From Minisyncoccota bacterium (GTDB lineage Bacteria > Patescibacteriota > Minisyncoccia > Phycocordibacterales > UBA9973): 64,000 bases of DNA. Below are positions 11,563 to 21,274 of this stretch, one piece after another; positions within the stretch are counted from its first letter, which is position 1; each line of letters starts with the position of its first letter. The stretch is taken from positions 279,266 through 343,265 of the forward strand of contig JBBAAI010000001.1 in assembly GCA_041658325.1 (NCBI GenBank), given 5' to 3'. Below the pieces are notes generated by a model. The model did no database searches. It saw only the letters and a list, made by a program, of their open reading frames with translations, and was not told where the DNA came from. The position numbers were made by a program, and so were the translations under genes.

Positions 11563-12303
11563 TTATTTTAATGCAGCATCAATTTTTGGTTTTACCGTAG
11601 TGTATGATTCAGCTCCATCAATAGTAGAGACAATTTTACCATTCCTTAAAATAAATCCTTTTGGTGTACCAGTGACCCCAGCGCTAGCTCCTTCATTTTT
11701 TGAATCTGCGACAGCTTGTGCGTATTTACTATCATCGAGACATTTATCAAAATTAGATGTGTTTAAGCCGAGTTCTTTCGCAAAGGATTTTAAGTTTAGA
11801 TCAGAAAAGTTTCCTTCATTCTCTCCATTTTGGTGGGTGAAGAGGTAATCATGATATTCCCAAAATTTCCCTTGATCTCCAGCACACCTTGCAGCTTCAG
11901 CAGATTTTTGAGATTCAGGTCCTAGAAATGCAAAGTCTCGATAAACAAATTGCACACTTCCATTTTTTACATAGTCATTTATAATCCTAGATACAAAAGG
12001 AGTCCAAGTAGCATCTCTCTGTTGTAAAGATTGAACCAGGGATTGAGTTCCGGCAGAAAGAGGTTCTAGTCCAGAAATTACCCCACAGAAAGGACACTGA
12101 AAATCCTCATACATGACAACCGTAACTTTTGCACTTGGGTTTCCGAGTATTCTGTCTTCTTTATTAATTGGTGCCAAGGTTGCGACAGGAATTCCATTCC
12201 CTTTTTGGATATTAGGGTTTTTACTATCTTTTAATAATATTGCGCCAGCAATCAGAACTCCCACTATCAATATTGCTCCGGCTATTTGTTTTTGATCCTG
12301 CAT
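11563..12303 (-). CDS. DsbA-like thioredoxin-fold thiol:disulfide oxidoreductase, membrane anchored
   Basis: An N-terminal TM helix is followed by the CPFC active-site motif in YEDFQCPFCGV, and by a thioredoxin/DSBA-like C-terminal region. Confidence 0.7.
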   Translation of the reverse strand: MQDQKQIAGAILIVGVLIAGAILLKDSKNPNIQKGNGIPVATLAPINKEDRILGNPSAKVTVVMYEDFQCPFCGVISGLEPLSAGTQSLVQSLQQRDATWTPFVSRIINDYVKNGSVQFVYRDFAFLGPESQKSAEAARCAGDQGKFWEYHDYLFTHQNGENEGNFSDLNLKSFAKELGLNTSNFDKCLDDSKYAQAVADSKNEGASAGVTGTPKGFILRNGKIVSTIDGAESYTTVKPKIDAALK

Positions 12304-12396
12304 AATTTTGTTGGTTATTTGTAATAATGCTATTGTAGCATATTTTTTGATTGTGATATAATTACTATAATGATAAAGGTCTTATTATTAGCTAAT

Positions 12397-12417
12397 TGTT
12401 CTGCTTTACGCGGAACA
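12397..12417. promoter_or_regulatory. Imperfect inverted repeat 14 nt upstream of the DUF378 start
   Basis: The arms are tgttctgc and gcggaaca with spacer tttac, which is 7 of 8 complementary. Candidate operator. Confidence 0.2.
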
Positions 12418-12430
12418 GAATATAAATAAT

Positions 12431-12715
12431 ATGTGTTGTAATGGAAAACATTGGGGTGGTTGCGTTGTTCATAAGACTTGTAAGGTTTTAGTAATGGTAG
12501 GTGGTTTAAATTGGGGTTTGGTGGGTTTGGGAATGTTAATGGGTAGTAAATTGAATGTTGTTAATATGGTTTTAGGATCTTGGCCGACAGCTGAGGCAAT
12601 TGTCTATCTATTGGTAGGTGTCGCAGTAGTTATGAAACTCTTTAGTTGCAAATGCAAGAAGTGTATGGAGGCATGTGCCACTTGCGGTGTTGAAAATATG
12701 GACAAAAAGATGTAA
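12431..12715 (+). CDS. DUF378-family small membrane protein with Cys-rich N- and C-termini
   Basis: The VGGLNWGLVG motif is characteristic of DUF378. Cysteine clusters are MCCNGKHWGGC at the N-terminus and CKCKKCMEACATCG at the C-terminus. Confidence 0.6.
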   Translation: MCCNGKHWGGCVVHKTCKVLVMVGGLNWGLVGLGMLMGSKLNVVNMVLGSWPTAEAIVYLLVGVAVVMKLFSCKCKKCMEACATCGVENMDKKM

Positions 12716-12740
12716 AGATTGTTTTCTTTTAACAAAAAAA

Positions 12741-12770
12741 GCCTCTTTTAAACAAGAGGCTTTTTTTGTT
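12741..12770 (+). terminator. Rho-independent terminator
   Basis: The hairpin gcctctt TTAAACA aagaggc is followed by TTTTTTT and preceded by an A-run. Confidence 0.6.
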
Positions 12771-12808
12771 TACATTTTAGTCTAAAAATGATATATTAAG
12801 CGCAATAC

Positions 12809-14053
12809 ATGACTTCAATTTTTGATATTATATTTTATATATTAATCTTTTTGTCTGTCTACGTGCAGGTGTTTTTTTTCGTTACTTTTTTGGAAAATAG
12901 AAAAAAAATAATTATTAGAAATGGAAAAATTAAACTAGGATTTTATCCTGCTGTGACAATCGCTGTGCCTTGCTGGAATGAAGAAAAAACCGTTGAAAAA
13001 ACAATCCATTCACTTTTAAACTTAAATTATCCAAAAGAGAAACTAAAAATATTTCTTATTAACGATGGATCCACTGATAATACTTTAAATGTTATAAATA
13101 AATTTTCCGGGTATCCTAATATAAAAATTTTTAACAAAGAAAATGGGGGAAAGTATACTGCTCTAAATTTAGCACTTGAAAATACAGAAACAGATTTTTT
13201 TGGTGGTCTTGATGCTGATTCTTTTGCAGACCCAGAATCACTTATTCGAATTATGAGTTATTTTGAGAAAGATCCTAAAACTATGGCTGTTGCCCCTTCT
13301 GTAATTGTATCTGATTCAAAAAATATTATTAAAAATGCCCAAAGAGCTGAATACAATATGGGGGTTTATTTTAAGAAAATGCTTTGTTTTTTGGAGGCTA
13401 TCAACGTTACCCCTGGACCTCTTACTATTTTTCGCAAGAAAGTTTTTAATGATTTAGGGTATTATCGTCACGGGCACAACACAGAAGATATGGAAATTGC
13501 TTACAGAATGCAAAAAAGTAGTTACAAAATAGAACATTGTAACGATGCGTTTGTTTATACTAATACACCAGGAACAGTTGGTAAACTTTATCGACAAAGG
13601 TTGCGTTGGATTTATGGTTTTATTAACAATACGATTGATTATAAAAATGTTTTATTTAAAAAAAGATATGGTAATTTTGCCATGTTTACTTTACCAATGG
13701 GGGTTGTTTCTATCCTTGCTGTTGGTTATCTTTTTGCTCGGGTAGCTTATGATGTGGGGCATTTTTTGTATTTAAAAGTTATGCAACTAAAAATAATTGG
13801 TTTTGATTTTTCTGTTAAAAATGTTAGTCTTGATCCATTTTTTATAAATACACAATTTTTTATATTTTTAGTTATTTCCATTTATATTCTAGTTATTTTT
13901 GCAATTATTTTTGGTCGAAGAATGTCCGAAGGAAAATCAGGTTTTTCTTTAGACATACTTTATTTTTTCCCTGTTTTCGGCCTGGTGGCTCCATTTTGGA
14001 TTATGAAAGCGATTTATAATACTTTTTTACACAGAAAACCGGCATGGAGATAA
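12809..14053 (+). CDS. Family-2 glycosyltransferase, processive type (NodC/PgaC/HAS-like), integral membrane
   Basis: An N-terminal TM helix is followed by a GT-A domain (AVPCWNEE, INDGSTD, DAD) and the processive-synthase QRLRW motif, then several C-terminal TM helices. Confidence 0.8.
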   Translation: MTSIFDIIFYILIFLSVYVQVFFFVTFLENRKKIIIRNGKIKLGFYPAVTIAVPCWNEEKTVEKTIHSLLNLNYPKEKLKIFLINDGSTDNTLNVINKFSGYPNIKIFNKENGGKYTALNLALENTETDFFGGLDADSFADPESLIRIMSYFEKDPKTMAVAPSVIVSDSKNIIKNAQRAEYNMGVYFKKMLCFLEAINVTPGPLTIFRKKVFNDLGYYRHGHNTEDMEIAYRMQKSSYKIEHCNDAFVYTNTPGTVGKLYRQRLRWIYGFINNTIDYKNVLFKKRYGNFAMFTLPMGVVSILAVGYLFARVAYDVGHFLYLKVMQLKIIGFDFSVKNVSLDPFFINTQFFIFLVISIYILVIFAIIFGRRMSEGKSGFSLDILYFFPVFGLVAPFWIMKAIYNTFLHRKPAWR

Positions 14054-14059
14054 AAACAT

Positions 14060-14737
14060 ATGAATAATAATATTGATTGGAAAAAATATTTAATTGTGTT
14101 TTTGATTACAGTGGGTCTTTTCTTTACCGCTATTTATTTGAGCAATTTTTTTGGTGATAAAAAAATTAATCAACTAAAAAGTATTCAAGACAAGATAGCA
14201 ATTGATATTTTATCATCAGAGACTCAATTTTCATTACTTTCTGAGCTTTCTTGTAAAAATATTTCTGATTCTGTTTTTTCTAGCGAGCTTGGTGAATTGG
14301 GAAATAAATTAGAATGGAGTCAGAAAAATCTAGGGGCAACCGAAGAGGTGTCTTATTTGAAAAAATATTACGCATTATTGCAAATTAAGGATTACTTATT
14401 AGCAAAAAAGATTTCTGCGAGATGTGGAACAAAGTCTGCATTTATTTTATATTTTTACACTACAGCAGAAAATTGTAGCTTGTGTGAAGAAGAGAGCTTG
14501 GTGTTAGGAACCTTGCGAGCAGAATACCCAGAACTTCGTGTTTATTCTTTCGATTATAGTACTGATCTGTCTGCCATTACTTCCATGCTTCAAATCTATA
14601 AAATAAAAGATACTGTGCTTCCGGCATTAGTTATAGATGATAATGTTCTGACGGGTTTTCATTCTATAGAAGAACTAAAAAAGAGGATTCAAGAATCTTT
14701 TAAGCTTCAAACAACAAAACCAGCAGGTAATAATTAA
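14060..14737 (+). CDS. Membrane-anchored thioredoxin-fold-like protein (CxxC)
   Basis: An N-terminal TM helix is followed by YFYTTAENCSLCEEE, a CxxC motif in thioredoxin-like context. The C-terminal TVLPALVIDDNVLTGFHSIEEL resembles a DsbA/Grx C-terminal strand-helix. Confidence 0.4.
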   Translation: MNNNIDWKKYLIVFLITVGLFFTAIYLSNFFGDKKINQLKSIQDKIAIDILSSETQFSLLSELSCKNISDSVFSSELGELGNKLEWSQKNLGATEEVSYLKKYYALLQIKDYLLAKKISARCGTKSAFILYFYTTAENCSLCEEESLVLGTLRAEYPELRVYSFDYSTDLSAITSMLQIYKIKDTVLPALVIDDNVLTGFHSIEELKKRIQESFKLQTTKPAGNN

Positions 14738-14768
14738 ATTACGCTTTTAATCTCCGTTAACCTTTTTG

Positions 14769-14841
14769 AGCCGCCTCTCGGATTCGAACCGAGGACCTTC
14801 ACTTTACAAAAGTGTTGCTCTACCAACTGAGCTAAGGCGGC
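14769..14841 (-). tRNA. tRNA-Thr (anticodon TGT)
   Basis: The 73-nt cloverleaf was read by hand. The acceptor is GCCGCCT/AGGCGGC. The D-arm is GCTC-AGTTGGTA-GAGC. The anticodon loop is TTTGTAA. The T-arm is CTCGG-TTCGAAT-CCGAG. Confidence 0.85.
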
Positions 14842-14850
14842 GATTAATCG

Positions 14851-15246
14851 TTATAAATTTTCCTCTTCTTTTACTTTTTGTTTTATTTTTCTAATCTTGT
14901 TTTTATATTCTGAAATCTTTTTCAAAAATTTACTCACTTCTCTTTTTTCTTCAATATTTAATTTTTTACTATGTAAATCTTTTACTTTTACTTTTATTTC
15001 TTGATACTTGTTTTTAAAAACATTAGAAGATCGCATGTAAAGTCTTATTGTCGCTACAAGTCCAGCATAACCGTGTTTTTTTATTTCTTTTATTGCTTGG
15101 TGTCTCCATTCTTCTAGGTGTGGAGTTTTGAAAGAAATTTCTTCTCTAGCTAAGACTTGTCCACCTTGGAGCATCAATAATTTTCTTCCGATCATAAAAA
15201 TGATTCCCAAAAGCGATCCAAAAAATAAAATTAAAAGAAAATACAT
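14851..15246 (-). CDS. Hypothetical membrane protein (N-terminal TM, Lys/Glu-rich C-terminus)
   Basis: This ORF has coding-like composition and lies upstream of tRNA-Thr on the same strand. No family was recognised. Confidence 0.45.
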   Translation of the reverse strand: MYFLLILFFGSLLGIIFMIGRKLLMLQGGQVLAREEISFKTPHLEEWRHQAIKEIKKHGYAGLVATIRLYMRSSNVFKNKYQEIKVKVKDLHSKKLNIEEKREVSKFLKKISEYKNKIRKIKQKVKEEENL

Positions 15247-15256
15247 TATTTTATTA

Positions 15257-16036
15257 TTATATTGAGTAAATTTTTACTTCTTTGATTTTTGCCCCAGCTT
15301 TTTCCAGAAGCTTTCCAACCGTTTGTTCTCCGTCCTTTATGAAAGCTTGGTCCAATAAAGTTTTTTCTTTAAAATACGTTGCCATTTTCCCTAGGAGCAT
15401 TTTTTCTTTTATTTCTACTGGTTTATTTATATTAGCAATTTCTTTTTCAAAAATTTCTCTCATTGTATTCTTGGTATCTTCAGGTATTTCTTCTTGTGAA
15501 ATATATTCAGGTTTCATCGCAGTCACATGCATAGCCACATCTTTTGCAAGTTCTGTATTTCCACCCGTTAAGCTCACGATGACGCCTGTTTTGTTATTAT
15601 GTACGTAGTTTCCTAAAACATCGCCATTTACTTCATAAGTAACACCCAACTGAATATTTTCCCCAGTTTTTTGAATTATTGGATCTATCGTTTCTTTTGC
15701 ACTTGCTTTCATTTTTTCTACTCCATCTTTGAGTGCTTGTTTTGTGAGGGTTTCTAGGAGGTTCGTAAAATCTTCATTTCTTGCTACGAAATCGGTTTCA
15801 CAATGCAAAGATACTAAAACTGCTTTTTTGCCTTCAGTTTTGACAGAGACTCTTCCATCTTTAACTTCACGATTAATTTTCTTTAGGGCAATATCCGAAC
15901 TCGTTTTTTTTAAAATAGCGAGTGCTTTTTTCATATCTCCCTCTGCTTCTTCGAGGGCGCGCTTACATTGCATTACGGAAATACCCGTACTGTCGCGGAG
16001 CTCTTTTACTTGCTCTGTAGTGATTTGAATAGACAT
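15257..16036 (-). CDS. tsf: Elongation factor Ts
   Basis: The N-terminus MSIQITTEQVKELRDSTGISVMQCKRAL carries the EF-Ts UBA-like domain. I chose the internal ATG at 16036. The longer ORF would extend upstream and abut the rpsB stop. Confidence 0.9.
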   Translation of the reverse strand: MSIQITTEQVKELRDSTGISVMQCKRALEEAEGDMKKALAILKKTSSDIALKKINREVKDGRVSVKTEGKKAVLVSLHCETDFVARNEDFTNLLETLTKQALKDGVEKMKASAKETIDPIIQKTGENIQLGVTYEVNGDVLGNYVHNNKTGVIVSLTGGNTELAKDVAMHVTAMKPEYISQEEIPEDTKNTMREIFEKEIANINKPVEIKEKMLLGKMATYFKEKTLLDQAFIKDGEQTVGKLLEKAGAKIKEVKIYSI

Positions 16037-16040
16037 ATAT

Positions 16041-16766
16041 CTAAGATTTTTTTTCAGGGATAGAGTTTTGACCTTCTTTATAAGTGTTTCCAATAGCAGT
16101 AACAAAGAATTTGATAGATGGTATTCCTGCATCGTTGGCAACGATAGGGTAGTCGATTCCTTTTATGTTTGAATCAGAATTTATTAAAGCGATTACTGGA
16201 ATGCCAGATTTTCTAGATTCTGTCGCTGCGATGTGTTCACTGCGTGAATCTACAATAAACAATGCGCTTGGAGCTTTTTTCAGACCAATTAACCCAGAGT
16301 AGTATCTAGTAAGTTTTTCCATCTTTTTTGCCATTACCACTCTTTCTTTTTTTGTATATTTATCAAGACCACCTTCAACACTATCCTTGCGATAATTTTC
16401 AAGTTCAGTAATTCTCTTTTTTATTTCTGTGAAATTGCTCAATGTTCCCCCTATCCATCTTTCTACAACGTAAGGCATGTTGAGGGATTCTGCTATGTCT
16501 TTAACTACAACTTTAGCTTCAGGTTTTGTTCCAACAAAAAGAACAATTTTTCCTGCTGCTCCTAATTCCTTTATAAACTCTGCAGCCTTATCTAGCATTA
16601 CACTTGTTTTTTCAAGATTAATTATGTCTCCTTTGTTTTTTGTGGTGTATATATATGAAGAAACAGAAGGGTGTCTTCTGGTTTTGCTGTAGCCGTAATG
16701 CGCTCCAGCTTTGAACATTTTTTCTACCACTGTATCAACTTCTTTCTTGTTTTCTACTTTTTGCAT
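16041..16766 (-). CDS. rpsB: 30S ribosomal protein S2
   Basis: The uS2 N-terminal motif MFKAGAHYGYSKTRRHPS is present. I chose the start at 16766 because the longer ORF would overlap the divergent proS start. The rpsB-tsf order is conserved. Confidence 0.9.
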   Translation of the reverse strand: MQKVENKKEVDTVVEKMFKAGAHYGYSKTRRHPSVSSYIYTTKNKGDIINLEKTSVMLDKAAEFIKELGAAGKIVLFVGTKPEAKVVVKDIAESLNMPYVVERWIGGTLSNFTEIKKRITELENYRKDSVEGGLDKYTKKERVVMAKKMEKLTRYYSGLIGLKKAPSALFIVDSRSEHIAATESRKSGIPVIALINSDSNIKGIDYPIVANDAGIPSIKFFVTAIGNTYKEGQNSIPEKKS

Positions 16767-16869
16767 ATGAATTAATATAGCAGAAAGCTGTGTTTTTTGC
16801 AAATTCTCCTCTTGTTCTGTAAAAGTTTTTTTCTTTGACCAAAAGACTTTTTTCGGGTAAGATGCTCTT

Positions 16870-18132
16870 ATGAGACAATCTAAACTTTTTACCAAAACTA
16901 GGAAAGAAGCTCCGGCGGACGAAACTTCAAAAAATGCAGAGCTTTTGATACGAGGGGGATATATTCACAAAGAAATGGCAGGAGTGTACAGCTACCTACC
17001 GCTCGGTTTACGGGTCTTAAAGAAGATCGAGAACATAATCAGGGAAGAGATGAGCAAGGTGGGCGGGATAGAAATGAAAACATCCATACTTCAAGATAAG
17101 GAAATTTGGGAAAAGACTAACCGATGGGATGATAATGAGGTGGATATTTGGTTTAAAACCAAATTGAAGAATGGCGCAGACGTCGGCTTATCTTGGAGCA
17201 ACGAAGAAAATTTTGCCAACATTTTAAAACAATACGTTAGTTCTTACAAAGATCTACCTCTTTATCTTTATGATTTTAAAGATATTTTACGAAACGAGGT
17301 CAGAAGCAAATCAGGTATTATGCGGGGGAGAGAATTCTATTGGAAGGCATTGTATTCCTTTTCTAGAAACGAGACAGAGCATAATGATTTTTACGAGAGA
17401 ATGAAAGTAGCTTATCGAGATATTTTTAAAAGGGCCGGAATAGGACACGCGACTTATCTAACTTTTGCTTCCGGTGGAGCATTTTCAAAATATTCTCATG
17501 AATTTCAAACACTTACTTCCGCCGGTGAAGATACTATATATGTTAGTGAGGATAATGCTATGGCGGTAAATAAGGAAGTGATGGAGGAAGAAATACTCGC
17601 AAGTTTAGGTTTAGAAAAAAATAAACTAGTGGAACATAGGGCAATTGAAGTAGGTAATATTTTTACCCTAGGGACCAGTAAACCAGAAGCATTAGGACTT
17701 TCCTATGTGGATAAAAATGGAGAAAAAAACCATGTTTTTATGGGTTCCTATGGCGTCGGCCTTGGGCGCCTTATGGGGACGGTAGTAGAAGTACTTTCTG
17801 ATGATCATGGCATAGTTTGGCCGGAATCTATAGCGCCGTTTGCTGTGCACCTACTCGCGCTTGGTGACGACGAAGAAGTATTGAAAGAAGCAAACAAGAT
17901 TTACGAAAATCTAGAAAAAGCTGGTGTTGACGTTTTGTTTGATGATCGTGAAGGATTATCAGCAGGAGAAAAATTTTCTGATGCAGACTTGCTAGGTATG
18001 CCTTGGCGAGCAGTAGTTTCTGTTAGAAGTATGAAAGAAAAAGGTATCGAAATAAAAAAGCGAACAGAAGAGAAGGGGAAAATTGTTTCGACAGAAGAGT
18101 TATTAAAAATACTAAACGAAAAGGTTTCTTAA
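16870..18132 (+). CDS. proS: Prolyl-tRNA synthetase (short form lacking the INS editing domain)
   Basis: Class II motifs and the ProRS N-terminus (LFTKTRKEAPADETSKNAELLIRGGYI) are present. At 420 aa it is too short to contain the editing insertion. Confidence 0.88.
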   Translation: MRQSKLFTKTRKEAPADETSKNAELLIRGGYIHKEMAGVYSYLPLGLRVLKKIENIIREEMSKVGGIEMKTSILQDKEIWEKTNRWDDNEVDIWFKTKLKNGADVGLSWSNEENFANILKQYVSSYKDLPLYLYDFKDILRNEVRSKSGIMRGREFYWKALYSFSRNETEHNDFYERMKVAYRDIFKRAGIGHATYLTFASGGAFSKYSHEFQTLTSAGEDTIYVSEDNAMAVNKEVMEEEILASLGLEKNKLVEHRAIEVGNIFTLGTSKPEALGLSYVDKNGEKNHVFMGSYGVGLGRLMGTVVEVLSDDHGIVWPESIAPFAVHLLALGDDEEVLKEANKIYENLEKAGVDVLFDDREGLSAGEKFSDADLLGMPWRAVVSVRSMKEKGIEIKKRTEEKGKIVSTEELLKILNEKVS

Positions 18133-18136
18133 AAAT

Positions 18137-19183
18137 ATGTTCGAAAAATTTTACAAATTAATTTCAAATGATATCGGCATAGATTTGGGTACTTCCAATA
18201 CCTTGGTGTATTTAAAAGGTCACGGAATTGTAATCAATGAGCCATCCGTGGTAGCTGTTAATATAAAAACTAATCAAATTTTAGCGGTGGGAGCACAGGC
18301 TAAAGAAATGCTTGGACGTACTCCAGGACACATCAAAGCTATTCGTCCACTTGTGGATGGTGTTATTTCTGATTTTGAAGTGACCGAAGAAATGCTTTCT
18401 TATTTAATAAACAAAGCAGACAAGATATCAAAAAAAATAGCACGACCGAGGGTTTTGGTAGGCGTGCCTTCTGGTACAACCAATGTTGAGACAAGGGCTG
18501 TTTATGACGCAGCTCGTTCGGCTGGAGCCAGGGAAGTTTTTTTAGTAGAAGAACCAATGGCGGCTGCTATTGGGATAAGACTTCCCATTAAAGATCCAGT
18601 CGGATCTATGATTATAGACATTGGTGGTGGTACGACTGATATTGCGGTGATTTCTTTGGGCGGAATTGTAAAGTCAAAAAATTTAAAAATAGCTGGAGAC
18701 AGATTGAACAACGATATTATTACTTATATGCGAGATGAATTTAAAATACTTATTGGAGAAAGAACTGCGGAAATGGTAAAAATTGCTATTGGTTCAGCTA
18801 TTCCAGGAGAATATATGGAAACAGAAGTTCATGGGCGAGATCTCTTAACTGGATTGCCCAGGGAAGTAGTGGTAACAGATTCTGATATTCGCGAAGCTCT
18901 TTTGCTTTCGATAAAAGGTTTAGTTGAAGGGGTAAAAGATATGTTAGAAACGACGCCACCTGAAATTTTGTCTGACATAATGCATCGCGGAATTACTTTA
19001 TCTGGAGGTGGAGCTTTGCTTTCAGGGTTGGATCAGCTACTACAAAGAGTTCTAAAAATTCCAGTTTATGTTGTAGAAGATCCGCTCTCGGCGGTAGCTC
19101 GTGGGACGGGGGTTATTTTAGATGACATTTCATTTTATAAAGAAGTTTTGATTGGTAATCAAGATGAGTTACCTCCTAGATAA
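18137..19183 (+). CDS. mreB: Rod shape-determining protein MreB
   Basis: The actin-fold motif DIGIDLGTSNTLVY and the DIGGGTTDIAV phosphate-2 motif are present. Confidence 0.92.
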   Translation: MFEKFYKLISNDIGIDLGTSNTLVYLKGHGIVINEPSVVAVNIKTNQILAVGAQAKEMLGRTPGHIKAIRPLVDGVISDFEVTEEMLSYLINKADKISKKIARPRVLVGVPSGTTNVETRAVYDAARSAGAREVFLVEEPMAAAIGIRLPIKDPVGSMIIDIGGGTTDIAVISLGGIVKSKNLKIAGDRLNNDIITYMRDEFKILIGERTAEMVKIAIGSAIPGEYMETEVHGRDLLTGLPREVVVTDSDIREALLLSIKGLVEGVKDMLETTPPEILSDIMHRGITLSGGGALLSGLDQLLQRVLKIPVYVVEDPLSAVARGTGVILDDISFYKEVLIGNQDELPPR

Positions 19184-19955
19184 AAAAATAAAAAGAAAAA
19201 AGTTTTTAAACATTGCAATTGGTATTGTTTTTTTAATTATTTTGTTTTATTTTAGAGCCGGTATTTTTAACGGGCTTTCTTATATAACAGGGGGGATATT
19301 TCGTCCTGTTTTAATTTTAGGAAATAATGTTGGTGAAAGATTTGGAAACCTGGGTGTGTATTTTGCCTCCAAAAATTCTCTTTCTATTCAAAATCGAAAT
19401 TTGCAAACTCAATTAAACGAAGAAGAAATGCGAATATCAAATTATAATTCTCTTTTGGCTGAAAACAATAATCTTAAGGAAATTTTAAATAGAAAGAACA
19501 CAAAAATTCCTATGATTTTAGCCACGATTTTAGCTAAGCCGAATCAAAGTATTTACGATACACTCATTGTTGACGTGGGGCTGGAACAAGGATTGCAAAT
19601 GGGGAATATGGTTTTTGCTCTAGGCAATATTCCAGTCGGGCGAGTGGCGGAAGTTTATCCAAATTCTGCCAAAGTAGTTTTATTTTCTAATCCAGGTGAA
19701 AAAACGCAAGCAATAATCTCTAGTAAAGACATATTTATGGAATTGATCGGCCGAGGTGGAGGAAATTTTGAAATGGTTTTACCCCGCGATTTAACAGTGC
19801 AAAAAGGCGACCAAGTAGTAATGTCTGGAATTAATCCATATGTTTTAGCTGTTGTTGAAACAATAATTTCTGATCCACGAGATTCTTTTACTAAAGCATT
19901 ACTTTCTAGCCCAGTAAATATACAAGAACTTAAGTTTGTAGAGGTGGAAATTTAA
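19152..19955 (+). CDS. mreC: Rod shape-determining protein MreC
   Basis: It immediately follows and overlaps mreB. An N-terminal TM helix, a coiled-coil region and a beta-rich C-terminal domain match the MreC architecture. Confidence 0.7.
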   Translation: MVIKMSYLLDKKIKRKKFLNIAIGIVFLIILFYFRAGIFNGLSYITGGIFRPVLILGNNVGERFGNLGVYFASKNSLSIQNRNLQTQLNEEEMRISNYNSLLAENNNLKEILNRKNTKIPMILATILAKPNQSIYDTLIVDVGLEQGLQMGNMVFALGNIPVGRVAEVYPNSAKVVLFSNPGEKTQAIISSKDIFMELIGRGGGNFEMVLPRDLTVQKGDQVVMSGINPYVLAVVETIISDPRDSFTKALLSSPVNIQELKFVEVEI

Positions 19956-19957
19956 AA

Positions 19958-21229
19958 GTGATCTTCAAAATAGAGAAAAAATTAGAAAATAGTCTTGGGA
20001 GGGTTGGGGTTTTGGAAACGCCACACGGAATTATTGAAACTCCGGCTTTTGTGGCGGTGGGAACGAAGGCTACTGTTAAATCTTTAAATCCAGAACAGGT
20101 AAAAGATGCCGGTGTGCAAGTGGTACTCGGGAATACCTATCATTTATATTTACAGCCGGGAGATGAGATAGTGCGCGACGCCGGGGGAATTGGCAAATTT
20201 ATGAATTGGTCGGGACCAACGATGACAGACTCCGGTGGTTTTCAAGTTTTTTCTTTGGGGGTGGCTTACGGAAAAGATATTTCTAAAATTACCAAAATTA
20301 CCGATCCATCACTTTTAATTCCAGAACGTTTTGACGACAGTGATGCGCCACGCTTGGCAAAAATCGGGCAAGATGGTGTTTCTTTTAAATCACACCTGGA
20401 CGGTTCCATTCATTACATTACTCCGGAGAAATCAATCCAAATTCAACACAACCTAGGAGCGGACATAATTTTTGCCTTTGACGAATGTACCAGTCCTGCG
20501 GAGGATTTACGCTATCAAGAAGAAGCGCTAGAACGCACGCATCGCTGGGCGGAAAGGAGCTTGGCAGAACACCGAAAATTGCTGCTTTCTCACGGCTCGC
20601 ACACTAACCTGAATGTAGTAAACGAATCTAATATTGCGTATGCCGAAGAAAGCACAATTTCCGGTGTAGGGCCTGCATTGTTTGGCATTGTGCAAGGTGG
20701 ACGGGAAGAATCTTTACGAAAAAAATCAGCAGAATTTATAAAAAGTCTAGATTTTGATGGTTTTGGCATTGGCGGTTCTTTCGCTAAAGAAGATATGTCT
20801 ACGGCGGTGAAATGGGTCAATGAAATTTTGCCAGAAGAAAAACCTCGGCATTTACTAGGGATAGGGGAGCCAGAAGATCTTTTTATGGGGATAGAAAATG
20901 GGGTGGATCTTTTTGATTGTGTTTTGCCGACACGTCTTGGAAGAAATGGAACTATTTATACCAAATCAGGAAAAATAATTATTTCTAATACAAAATTCAG
21001 AAATGATTTTATGCCAATTGAAAAAGATTGCGAATGTTATACCTGTAAAAATTACACGAAGGCATATATAGCGCATCTTTTCCATGGAAAAGAAATGTTG
21101 GCTGGCACGTTAGCCTCAATTCACAACCTGTACTTTATAGTTAATCTGGTTAAAAAAATTCGGCAATCAATTTTGGACGATAACTTTTTTGAATTTAAAA
21201 ATGAATTTTTAGAGACATATTTGAAATAA
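19958..21229 (+). CDS. tgt: Queuine tRNA-ribosyltransferase (GTG start)
   Basis: The motifs LETPHGIIETPAFVAVGT and DCVLPTRLGRNGTIYT are present, and the zinc site CECYTCKNYTKAYIAHL is intact. Two short insertions are present relative to typical Tgt proteins. Confidence 0.88.
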   Translation: MIFKIEKKLENSLGRVGVLETPHGIIETPAFVAVGTKATVKSLNPEQVKDAGVQVVLGNTYHLYLQPGDEIVRDAGGIGKFMNWSGPTMTDSGGFQVFSLGVAYGKDISKITKITDPSLLIPERFDDSDAPRLAKIGQDGVSFKSHLDGSIHYITPEKSIQIQHNLGADIIFAFDECTSPAEDLRYQEEALERTHRWAERSLAEHRKLLLSHGSHTNLNVVNESNIAYAEESTISGVGPALFGIVQGGREESLRKKSAEFIKSLDFDGFGIGGSFAKEDMSTAVKWVNEILPEEKPRHLLGIGEPEDLFMGIENGVDLFDCVLPTRLGRNGTIYTKSGKIIISNTKFRNDFMPIEKDCECYTCKNYTKAYIAHLFHGKEMLAGTLASIHNLYFIVNLVKKIRQSILDDNFFEFKNEFLETYLK

Positions 21230-21274
21230 AGATTGCATTTTTTTTGACAGATTGTTATACTTGTTGTTACTTTA

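Noticed and set aside
12113-12295. Small plus-strand ORFs (11600-11848+, 12113-12295+) inside the DsbA-like gene, and 13545-13745+ inside the GT2 gene
   Set aside because: Alternative-frame or opposite-strand shadows of longer, motif-supported genes.
16767-16895. Longer N-terminal extension of rpsB (ORF track start 16895), and of tsf to 16141
   Set aside because: The extensions overlap the divergent proS start and the rpsB stop respectively. Conserved uS2 and EF-Ts N-termini begin at the internal ATGs 16766 and 16036.
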